Origin: an uncultured Chlamydiales bacterium
Lineage (GTDB): Bacteria; Chlamydiota; Chlamydiia; Chlamydiales; JAAKFR01
Assembly: GCA_963705695.1 (NCBI GenBank)
Contig: CAVPKN010000012.1
Location: forward strand, 12,702 to 76,701
Direction: 5' to 3'
DNA: 64,000 nucleotides
Of this stretch, positions 9,357-17,844 are shown piece by piece. Both the position numbers and the translations under genes were made by a program. Position 1 is the stretch's first letter; each line of letters starts with the position of its first letter. Under the pieces are notes generated by a model that had not been told where the DNA came from, did not search any database, and worked only from the letters and a program-made list of their open reading frames with translations.

Positions 9357-10055
9357 TTATAGTATGTGAGATTGATCGGTTAAGAACTCGAATCGCTCCT
9401 TCATATTAAAGTGGGCATCTTTCATGGAGAGGGAAGTGAGGGGTTTAGCAAAAATTTTGCTGCTGCCGAAATGGATATTTTGATTGATCTTCAATAATTT
9501 TAATGTGAAAGGGAAGAAGTTTAAATCGTATCCCGCATTCTTATATAGGGAAAGACCAAATTGGTCAGCCTCTCGCTCATGCAGTTTTTGCTGATAGATC
9601 GCAAAGGTAGTGCCACTGATCCCGAGAGGCGGTCCAGTGAACACCTTACCCATACTTTCATCCATTTTTTCATTATGATAGAGGTTCAAGTGGCCTAATT
9701 CATGGGCGAGTACAAAAGCCGCTTCCTCGTTGGAGCGAGAGGGAGCTAATGTTCCCTGATAAATAATCACCGTGGGCTTATCGGAAAAAACAAAAGGGGG
9801 GACCGCCTCGGCTCCTATAGAGGGGTGACTCGATAACATCAAATGATAACTTTGAGGATCAGGAACAAGGGTAGCAAGGATGTTTTCGGCCCGGACGAGC
9901 TTGATTTGGGCGCTTTTTGTATAAGGGGCCTTGAGATCCATGCGAGGTGGAGGGGGGCCCATCATAGGACTTGAGGGAACAGCAAATAAAGTAGAAACGC
10001 TTAATAAAAGAACCGAAAAAACATAAGTTAAATACTTAAACATAATTACCTCCAA
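9357..10055 (-). CDS. M48-family Zn metallopeptidase-like, secreted
   Basis: Signal peptide; EAAFVLAHELGH (HExxH) and EREAD motifs. Confidence 0.8.
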   Translation of the reverse strand: MEVIMFKYLTYVFSVLLLSVSTLFAVPSSPMMGPPPPRMDLKAPYTKSAQIKLVRAENILATLVPDPQSYHLMLSSHPSIGAEAVPPFVFSDKPTVIIYQGTLAPSRSNEEAAFVLAHELGHLNLYHNEKMDESMGKVFTGPPLGISGTTFAIYQQKLHEREADQFGLSLYKNAGYDLNFFPFTLKLLKINQNIHFGSSKIFAKPLTSLSMKDAHFNMKERFEFLTDQSHIL

Positions 10056-10381
10056 ATTAACATAAAATTATATTATAAAAATTTGTTTAAATCAAGTTCT
10101 TATTCCTTTCTTAATGATCTACCGAGTAAATAGCGCATAAAAAGAAGAAGCGTTTTTACAATTTCTAAGTCTTTGGTTTTTAAATAATTGGATAGCCTCC
10201 ATTCTCGGAACGGAGGCCAAGTTGTCTTTAAAAAAAATGTTAGTTTTAAGTTTGTTTAACAAGTTGCAATCAACTTGCAGAAAATAATTTAAAAAATATA
10301 TTATGTGCTTAAGTAAGTAAATTAAATCTTGATTCCTTGCTATAGAGATTAGGCAAGATTCGATTTAACAAAGGAGAAAGT

Positions 10382-10858
10382 ATGAAAAAGCTGTTCATTA
10401 TCGGCGCATCTTTACTCAGCATCTTTACAGCACAAGGAGCATTTGCTGGTTGCTGTGGGACAAGCGCTTGTGGAGATGTTGGATATGGTGGTGGAAATGA
10501 TTGTGGTGCTTGCCAAAGCGATTGCGGAAGCCCATGCGATCAGCCTACCAACAACTGCTACTGCCAGTATGTACGGTATCAGCCCTATTACTACAGCACC
10601 AAACGTTGTGTTCAGGAATGCGTTCCTTGCTCAAAAAAATGCTGCCGTTGGGTACCTCAGTACTACCAAGTACAAAGATGCCGTTACGTTCCAGAATATT
10701 ACTGCGAAACACGTTGCAAACAAGTTTGCGAATACTATGATGTACCAGATTGCAAATACTACAATAGAGTGATTTGCGAGCCACAGTGCACATATATTCC
10801 TCAGTACTATTGGAAATACTCCTGCGGTAATAACTGCGGAACAGGCTGCTGCCCTTAA
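10382..10858 (+). CDS. Secreted Cys/Tyr-rich repeat protein (envelope candidate)
   Basis: Signal peptide ending AFA; 25 Cys; SD AAGGAG; terminator follows. Confidence 0.85.
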   Translation: MKKLFIIGASLLSIFTAQGAFAGCCGTSACGDVGYGGGNDCGACQSDCGSPCDQPTNNCYCQYVRYQPYYYSTKRCVQECVPCSKKCCRWVPQYYQVQRCRYVPEYYCETRCKQVCEYYDVPDCKYYNRVICEPQCTYIPQYYWKYSCGNNCGTGCCP

Positions 10859-10882
10859 TCTCAGTTAATTGATTCTTAGACA

Positions 10883-10919
10883 GAAGGCGGGTGAACTCTA
10901 AGTTCACCTGCCTTTTTTT
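10883..10919 (+). terminator. Rho-independent terminator
   Basis: AAGGCGGGTGAAC-loop-GTTCACCTGCCTT followed by a T run. Confidence 0.85.
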
Positions 10920-10958
10920 CTATCCCTCTTATTCCCTTTCAAGGTAATATTAAGTAAG

Positions 10959-11852
10959 ATGTTGCAGATTTATGCCCACAGAGCTGGACGGGGACTGGCG
11001 GCAGAAAATACCCTTTTTGCCTGCGCTACGACACTGCAACATCAAATCGATTGGATCGATTTCGATATTGTAATGACTAAAGATGAGGAGTGGGTAGTTA
11101 CACACGACCTCGAGTTGAATCCCGATACAACCCGCGACTCCAGTGGAGAATTCATCTCAGAGCGACTTCCCCTCTCTTCTTTAAATTATTCGCAATTGAT
11201 ACATTACAATGTAGGAGGAATCAATCCACGCTCAGAATATTTCACCTATTTTCCCGATCAGAAAAGGATCGATTATGCACCCATTCCCCGCTTGGCCGAG
11301 GCGATCTCTTTTGTGACAACTTACAATCCTGCTGTTCGATTTCAGATCGAAATCAAAACGGACCTGGAAAAAAGACAGCTCACTCCTTCTCCAGAAATGT
11401 TGGCAAAAACGTTATCTGATCTTCTTAAAAAGCTAAATATCGTTGCAAAATGTGAAGTGCAATCATTTGATTACCGATGTCTTTATGCTCTTAAAAATGA
11501 AAATCAGGAGATCAAAACGACCTTCTTGACTCCCCCCTTCGAAGAGAAAAGATACGTTTCTTTATTACAAGCTGAATACTCCTTGAATGGCTTTGATCAA
11601 TCGCTTTTAAAAATGATCCATCGATTGGGAGGTGCATGTTGGGGTCCTTACCAAATGGATCTTGATACTCGAGCCATCGAAGAAGCCAGAAAATGGGGGC
11701 TAAAAATCGTTCCATGGGGCTATCCTGAAAAAGAGGGAACGGAGTTTAATATGGCTCAAATTCAGCGCCTGATTGAATGGGGAGTTGATGGGATCATCAC
11801 CGATCGACCCGATAAGCTGCATCACTTATTATTAAAACGGCACTCATTGTGA
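10959..11852 (+). CDS. glpQ: Glycerophosphodiester phosphodiesterase
   Basis: AHRAG..ENT, D....TKD...VVTHD, IEIK and GVDGIITDRP motifs. Confidence 0.9.
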   Translation: MLQIYAHRAGRGLAAENTLFACATTLQHQIDWIDFDIVMTKDEEWVVTHDLELNPDTTRDSSGEFISERLPLSSLNYSQLIHYNVGGINPRSEYFTYFPDQKRIDYAPIPRLAEAISFVTTYNPAVRFQIEIKTDLEKRQLTPSPEMLAKTLSDLLKKLNIVAKCEVQSFDYRCLYALKNENQEIKTTFLTPPFEEKRYVSLLQAEYSLNGFDQSLLKMIHRLGGACWGPYQMDLDTRAIEEARKWGLKIVPWGYPEKEGTEFNMAQIQRLIEWGVDGIITDRPDKLHHLLLKRHSL

Positions 11853-12451
11853 AAGACCTTTACGTATTCATTAAAGAGTTTTTCTCCAGCCCAACAGCTA
11901 TTGGATCATTAGTCCCTAGCTCTAAAAAATTAGCTCTTTGCATGCTGGAACAAAAAGGCTCTAACCCTAAACCAAAACGGTATCTCGAAGTTGGAGCAGG
12001 TTCTGGCGCGCTCACACACTATCTCATCGAAAAAATGGCTCCTTCAGATCACTTAGACATTGTTGAAAATGACCCCACCTTCTGCGCCCTTCTGCGACAA
12101 AAATTTGGAGATCTCAACCAAGTGGCGATTCATGAACTTTCCATTCTCGATTTTGAAGGGAAAAATTTTGATTTTCTTCTCTCCAGCCTCCCGCTAAATG
12201 CCTTCCGTGCAGAAACCGTGGGCAAAATTTTAAACAAATATGAGCAACTCGTGAGAAAAGGAGGTCGCCTCGCTTACTTCGAATATTTGGGAGTAGAGAC
12301 CCTCAAACAGCGTCTCCTTTTTGGCAAATCTGCCGCAGATTTTAAAAACATGATCTCATTGAAAAAAGAGTTCGCGGTTAAATACGGAAGAGAGATCGAT
12401 AAGATCTGGTGGAACTTTCCTCCCGCTCGCGTATTCCATTGCTTGATGTAA
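11849..12451 (+). CDS. Phospholipid N-methyltransferase-like SAM methyltransferase (PmtA/OlsG-type)
   Basis: IGSLVPSSKKLA, LEVGAGSG, SSLP and WNFPPARV motifs. Confidence 0.8.
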   Translation: MKDLYVFIKEFFSSPTAIGSLVPSSKKLALCMLEQKGSNPKPKRYLEVGAGSGALTHYLIEKMAPSDHLDIVENDPTFCALLRQKFGDLNQVAIHELSILDFEGKNFDFLLSSLPLNAFRAETVGKILNKYEQLVRKGGRLAYFEYLGVETLKQRLLFGKSAADFKNMISLKKEFAVKYGREIDKIWWNFPPARVFHCLM

Positions 12452-12612
12452 TACCAAATCCAAGTAATAACTTCATAAATTGAAGCCGTTTAATACGCCC
12501 TCTTTGAAAGATCCTTTCTCGCTCAGGTGCAAAACCATGGGCTTCGAAACGATCTGTCAAATCTATCGCATTACCCAACTTCACTTTATGAAGTTATTAC
12601 TTGGATTTGGTA
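12452..12612. mobile_element. Family D MITE-like element
   Basis: 28-bp perfect TIR TACCAAATCCAAGTAATAACTTCATAAA; flanked by TAA on both sides, the left TAA being the upstream stop codon. Confidence 0.9.
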
Positions 12613-12621
12613 TAAGATGGT

Positions 12622-14004
12622 TTACAGTTCTGATTTTCTTATTTTTATATAAATCCAAGTTGCAGCTGCCAGGATGAGTAACGCAAAGGCAATGTTGAAA
12701 GTAATCGCGCTTTGAAAAGCCGGTAAAAAAGAGCTTCTACTCTCTACTGCATGGAACACAACTGTGCTAGCTGCCAGTAGAATCGATCCTACAATATTCC
12801 AAATAGTCGCAATGGTACCCAAAGCTGCACCTATTTCATGGGTAGCAATGACTTGGTTGACAGCAGTAATCGCAGCTGAATTACTGATACCCCAATTAAT
12901 ACCCAAAAGGAAAAACGGCAAAATTAAGAAAAGTAGTGAACTATGAAGATCGATCATCCGATGGAGTGCAACAGCGCAAAAAGCGGCTATGACTGAAAAA
13001 AACAACAGATTAGCAACACCAAACAGTTTCACGGCACGATTAAAAATAAAAGAAATAATGGCCTGAGCAGCAGGGATCACTGCAATAAGAAGACCGATCA
13101 TGAAAGGAGATAATTTTCGGAGAATGCGCAGATAGAGAGGATCGAAAAACATAAAGACTGTTGAAACGACTCCCGCTAAGGCGCAGCTGAGAGCTGCAAG
13201 CACGATGAGCTTTTCCTTGAAGATATGGAGATCAAGCAATGGATCCTCCCTGAGTTTATCGATTATAATTAGCAGAGCAAGTGCGCAAATGCCTACTCCA
13301 ATAAATATCCATGCTATAATTGAAATCCAGTGGCTTTGTGCTCCCTCAACAATGCCATACATTAAGGCGCCTAAACCTATAATCAAAAGGGCAAGACCTA
13401 GCCAATCAATTTTGATTCCACGATCTTCATGGGAATGATCCCGTAAACTAAAAGAACAGGCACTCAATCCGACTGCAATAAGAGGAAGATTAATCCAAAA
13501 AATCCACCTCCAACCCAGAAATTGGATCAAGATTCCACCTAGAAAAGGGCCAATCATAAGTCCAAATCCAGTCATCCCACCATAAATACTGATAGCACGC
13601 ACCCTTTCATTCTCAGGAAACAAATCAGTTAACAAAGCGGAAGAAGCAATAAAAATAGTTGAAGCGCCAAGAGCCTGTAATCCACGAAAGAAAACGAGCA
13701 CATCTATAGACTGGCTTAAACCAGCTCCCAAAGCAGCAATAGCAAAAATAATCACCCCAATGTAGAAAATCCTTTTTCGACCCCATGAATCAGCAATTTT
13801 GCCAATAGCGATCATTGTCATACTGAGAATAATGGTAAAAATATTCGTGATCCATTGAAGCTGTAGAATATCTGCATTCAAAGCTGTTTGAATAAAGGGC
13901 AAAGCTGTATCTACAATCGTGGCATCTAAAAAAGCTGTGAAAGCTAAAAGAGAGACCCCAAAAAGTGCCCACCATTTAAATCGAAATCGATTCAGTTCAA
14001 TCAA
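12622..14004 (-). CDS. MFS DHA2-type drug:H+ antiporter
   Basis: LDATIV, GKIADSWGRKR and GWRWIFWINLP motifs. Confidence 0.9.
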   Translation of the reverse strand: MIELNRFRFKWWALFGVSLLAFTAFLDATIVDTALPFIQTALNADILQLQWITNIFTIILSMTMIAIGKIADSWGRKRIFYIGVIIFAIAALGAGLSQSIDVLVFFRGLQALGASTIFIASSALLTDLFPENERVRAISIYGGMTGFGLMIGPFLGGILIQFLGWRWIFWINLPLIAVGLSACSFSLRDHSHEDRGIKIDWLGLALLIIGLGALMYGIVEGAQSHWISIIAWIFIGVGICALALLIIIDKLREDPLLDLHIFKEKLIVLAALSCALAGVVSTVFMFFDPLYLRILRKLSPFMIGLLIAVIPAAQAIISFIFNRAVKLFGVANLLFFSVIAAFCAVALHRMIDLHSSLLFLILPFFLLGINWGISNSAAITAVNQVIATHEIGAALGTIATIWNIVGSILLAASTVVFHAVESRSSFLPAFQSAITFNIAFALLILAAATWIYIKIRKSEL

Positions 14005-14315
14005 AAAATGCCTCCTCTCTAATAATCCGACTTCGCCTCTTCATCGCGTTAAGCTCGTGATTCGAACATAGAAAATCTCTCCCCTTTGCAAAAACACCCG
14101 TTAAGTATAACAGCTCCCAAAAATTATTACAGTGCGGAGTCTACACCGTGCTTGACGTCGCCGCAAATTTTTTTTAGGAATAAATTTGTGCCATCTGTAC
14201 TATGCCCATTTTTTGGAGGCTTGAATTTTATGAGTACGCTTGTATGTCTAGATAGTATGATAAACCATTGGACTTGCCGTAGGTCTTACAGTTGGGTTAG
14301 TAAGGGTAGCGATAG

Positions 14316-14627
14316 ATGAGTTCAGGTAATCCGATTAAGATAAAGAATAAACAATCTAGTTGTTGTTCCAGATTTTACAATGTGGCGAACCGTGGCACAC
14401 CCCAGCAGGATGCTACGACTCTCGTAATATGTTCCATTATTACAGGCGTTTTAACCCTATTTGCATTATTTAATCTCTCTTTGCATTCAGTCTTTACTGC
14501 GAGCTTTCTAGGGAGCACCCATTTTTATATAATTATTGCAGTAACGCTTATAAGTGGAGGTATTTCCACTTTATCTTATAGTGCCTATAGAGAGAAAAAG
14601 AGTGAAATTGAAGAAACTCGGAAATAG
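14316..14627 (+). CDS. Small 2-TM Inc-like protein (may be fused to an upstream mini-ORF starting at 14230)
   Basis: Bilobed hydrophobic segment; an SD GGAGG precedes ATG 14230, whose TGA overlaps ATG 14316. Confidence 0.6.
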   Translation: MSSGNPIKIKNKQSSCCSRFYNVANRGTPQQDATTLVICSIITGVLTLFALFNLSLHSVFTASFLGSTHFYIIIAVTLISGGISTLSYSAYREKKSEIEETRK

Positions 14628-14634
14628 GGATCCC

Positions 14635-16671
14635 TTACGTGTTAGAGATCGCGTAGATGGGGACAAGATGGTCGATTCCCTTTAAGGGGATTGGGTTCCG
14701 TTTGATGATTTTGAATTTATGGGGATTGGGAAGCGCGCGGTAGGTGTCTTCTGAGATTAGGATCTCCATCGGTGCGGCGGCGGAGCAGAGTCTAGACGCT
14801 AAGTTTACATTGGCTCCCACTACGGTGTAATTGAGCCGGTTTTCGGCCCCCATATTGCCGGAAAAAGCGAGACCTGTGTGGATGCCAATCCCTACTTTGA
14901 TTTGAGGTTGCGTCACCCCCCTCTCTTCGTTCCACAATTTGAGATTTTCCATCATGTGGAGCGCAGCCTCCACTGCTTTTTCAGCATGGTGCTCTAAAGG
15001 AAGAGGAGCGCCATAGAGAGCCATAATCGCATCTCCTATAAATTTATCCACCACACCATTGGTTTCATCGATAATTCGGCACATCCGTGTCATATAGGTA
15101 TTCAGCAACCCGATTAGTGTTTGAGGATCCAATTTTTCCGATAGAGGGGTAAAGCCACGAATATCACTAAATAGAATTGTGAGATTTCTCTCCTCCCCTC
15201 CTAACTCGATGCTACTGCTTAAAATGCGGGAGGCGATCTCCTTTGAGACCACTTTGTTGAGAACTCCCCTAATTTTTTCCCGGTCGCGAAGCGCCCCCAC
15301 CATTTTGTGGAACGAGTGTGTTAATGTGGCTACCTCATCTTCTCTTTTTTCGACAGCAGGGAGATGAAGATCATCATACTTCCCCTTCCCAATTTCTTCA
15401 GAAGCCTCGGCCAAAAGAGCAATCGGTCGTGCAATCCGCTTTGAAATCCGCGCTAGAAGGAGAAGCGCCAAACCAAATACCCCTATCGATACCGCCAATA
15501 GATTACCTGAAATTTTGGCAATCAATGAATCGCGCAACTTTTTTAGAAAATTAGGAATCGCTTCAACTTCCGAGAGTGGAGTTAATATATCGATATCTAA
15601 ATCGGCAATCTGGACCGGAGACTGAGCGTAAATGGTGTGATCCCAGATGATTTTCCCTTGATCAAAAGAGAGTTCTTGCAAAGGAAGATCTTTTCCTTCA
15701 ATGGTGAAGGCTGCTATTAATTTGCCGTGGTAATAGAGAAGAATGGGCTTTTGAATCATCTTTCCGATTTCACTGCAGATAGTGGAGAGGGAAAACCCAA
15801 TGAGTATCTGTTGGGAAGGGGATTCCCCTGTTAAGACCCATTGTGCAAGATCGACATAGTCCCCCTCCTTCCGGTGCACAAGAAGGAATCCCTCCGTGCG
15901 AATCGGTTCCGCAAAAAGGTGATCTGAAAACAGTTCACGACTTAGCAACGCAATACCCTGTTTAAAATCAGCATCGACGCGTAAGATCCCTTCAGCTTTT
16001 TGGTGCCAAGGGAGCAGCTGTTCAATCAATTCGGTTTTTTGGAGCAACAAATTCTCCTTGACCCGTAACTGATCGTAGAGTCCTTGGGGCTGATCTTTGA
16101 GCGGGATCGTTTCAGATAAGGGTAAAAAAGAGATAAATTGTAGATCGGTCCTCTCCTCTCCATTTCTAGGTTTGTAAAGAAGAAATGTATTTTTCTGCCC
16201 CTCTAAAGGCGTGGCGAGAAAAATGTCACCAGGGCTCAATCGGATCCATAATTTGTCCCCATCACGTGCCCACGAAGGGAGATAGAGGGAGGCTCCTTCG
16301 GGAGTAATGATCGCGCTTTGTGTGGGACTGCTCACTTGGACAAAAGCGATTTCCGGGTCGGTTCGAATCGCCGTTGCTGCCATGTGCCAAGGATCGGCGT
16401 TAAATTCCGTTTTGGAATTTATATTTTTTAGCTCCAATGCATGAGAGGCAGCATTCAGCTGCGCTGCCATATTTAAAAAGCGATAGGTCACCCAGGAAGT
16501 AGTGAGTTTGATGATTTTTTTTTGGTACTCATCTGTTTTCCCTTTAAGGTATGCAGCACCTTTATCGACATCGTGAGTGACAAATATTTTTGGCAAAAAG
16601 TAATTGAGAATCGCAACGATGAGAAACACCCCACCGATGCTGAAAAAAAGTCTCGATCTCAGCGTTTTCAT
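14635..16671 (-). CDS. Membrane-bound class III adenylate/guanylate cyclase with HAMP domain
   Basis: Two TM segments, HAMP (REDEVATL), ILFSDIRGFT, DKFIGDAIMA, VNLASRL. Confidence 0.92.
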   Translation of the reverse strand: MKTLRSRLFFSIGGVFLIVAILNYFLPKIFVTHDVDKGAAYLKGKTDEYQKKIIKLTTSWVTYRFLNMAAQLNAASHALELKNINSKTEFNADPWHMAATAIRTDPEIAFVQVSSPTQSAIITPEGASLYLPSWARDGDKLWIRLSPGDIFLATPLEGQKNTFLLYKPRNGEERTDLQFISFLPLSETIPLKDQPQGLYDQLRVKENLLLQKTELIEQLLPWHQKAEGILRVDADFKQGIALLSRELFSDHLFAEPIRTEGFLLVHRKEGDYVDLAQWVLTGESPSQQILIGFSLSTICSEIGKMIQKPILLYYHGKLIAAFTIEGKDLPLQELSFDQGKIIWDHTIYAQSPVQIADLDIDILTPLSEVEAIPNFLKKLRDSLIAKISGNLLAVSIGVFGLALLLLARISKRIARPIALLAEASEEIGKGKYDDLHLPAVEKREDEVATLTHSFHKMVGALRDREKIRGVLNKVVSKEIASRILSSSIELGGEERNLTILFSDIRGFTPLSEKLDPQTLIGLLNTYMTRMCRIIDETNGVVDKFIGDAIMALYGAPLPLEHHAEKAVEAALHMMENLKLWNEERGVTQPQIKVGIGIHTGLAFSGNMGAENRLNYTVVGANVNLASRLCSAAAPMEILISEDTYRALPNPHKFKIIKRNPIPLKGIDHLVPIYAISNT

Positions 16672-16719
16672 TCAGTTGTTTTTTTAGAGCAAACATGAGA
16701 TGGAATAAAGAAGAATTTT

Positions 16720-17844
16720 ATGCGGGCTTTCATTCTTTATTTTGCGATTCTATTGTGGAGTGCCGGGTGCAGTAAGCCGACGGAAAAACCGCCGGTCAGC
16801 GTCGCGGCTTTTTGCGTAGAACCGTATACAGTTCCTGCTAAATTCCAGTTTGTCGGCGTCGCCAAAAGCTCCCATCCCGTTGAGATCCGAGCCCGAGTTG
16901 AAGGATATCTCATTGCGATCGACTATCTTGAAGGGAGTATGGTTGATAAAGATAAGCTCCTCTTTGAACTCGATCACCGCCCCTTTATAGCCAGCGTCGA
17001 TTCAGCCAAGGGGGCGCTTGCTAGAGAAGAGGCGATCTTGTGGCGAGCCAAAGAAAATCTCAAACGGATAGAACCTCTTTACAAGGAAAACGCGGCCAGC
17101 GAGAGGGATTTAGATAATGCAATTGCTCAAGTATTGGCAGCAGAAGCTGCGGTGATTATTGCAAAGGCCAATCTTTTCCAAGCAGAACTCAATTTGAGCT
17201 ATAGTTATATTACCTCCCCCATCCGAGGTTTAACACAAAGAGCGTTGTTTCGTGAGGGATCCTTAATCACACCCAACGTGAATGGCTTATTGACAGAGGT
17301 CTCCGTCATCGACCCAATCTGGGTCTATTTTTCGGTATCAGATAACGAATTGCTCGCTGCAAAATCTCAAGGCGCAACAGAGAGTTTGATCTTGCCAAAA
17401 GAGGAAAATTACACGGTCACTTTAGAGATGGCCGACGGCTCGCTCTATCCTCATCAAGGGAAAGTGAATTTTCTATCCCCCACTCTCGATCCAAAAACAG
17501 GAACGATGACAGTGCGTGCCGAATTTCCAAATCCCAAAAGTGAAATTTTACCAGGACAGTTTGTCCGCGCTTATGTCTCAGGAGCTTTACGCCCCAATGC
17601 TCTTTTAGTTCCCCAAGAATCGGTCTTTCAAGGAAACAATGGGAAGCACGTTTGGGTGATTGGTGCCGACCAAACGGTCTCCTTACGCTCAGTAGAGACG
17701 GGAAGCTGGTATCAAAATTATTGGGTCATACAAAAAGGACTGCGGCCAGGTGAACATGTGGTCGCTTCAGGTACAAATAAGGTGCAAAATGGCGCCCAAG
17801 TCAACGTGACAGCAACATCCACTTTTAAAGCGGAAGTGGAATGA
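16720..17844 (+). CDS. RND efflux periplasmic adaptor (AcrA-like)
   Basis: Lipoprotein signal AGC; VEIRARVEG, ITSPIRG, LPGQFV. Confidence 0.92.
   Translation: MRAFILYFAILLWSAGCSKPTEKPPVSVAAFCVEPYTVPAKFQFVGVAKSSHPVEIRARVEGYLIAIDYLEGSMVDKDKLLFELDHRPFIASVDSAKGALAREEAILWRAKENLKRIEPLYKENAASERDLDNAIAQVLAAEAAVIIAKANLFQAELNLSYSYITSPIRGLTQRALFREGSLITPNVNGLLTEVSVIDPIWVYFSVSDNELLAAKSQGATESLILPKEENYTVTLEMADGSLYPHQGKVNFLSPTLDPKTGTMTVRAEFPNPKSEILPGQFVRAYVSGALRPNALLVPQESVFQGNNGKHVWVIGADQTVSLRSVETGSWYQNYWVIQKGLRPGEHVVASGTNKVQNGAQVNVTATSTFKAEVE

Noticed and set aside
10443-10907. Overlapping ORFs in other frames of the Cys-rich gene
   Set aside because: By-product of biased codon composition; no SD or recognisable protein features
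12378-12677. Two small ORFs sharing FMKLLLGFGI
   Set aside because: Artefact of reading the Family D inverted repeats on both strands
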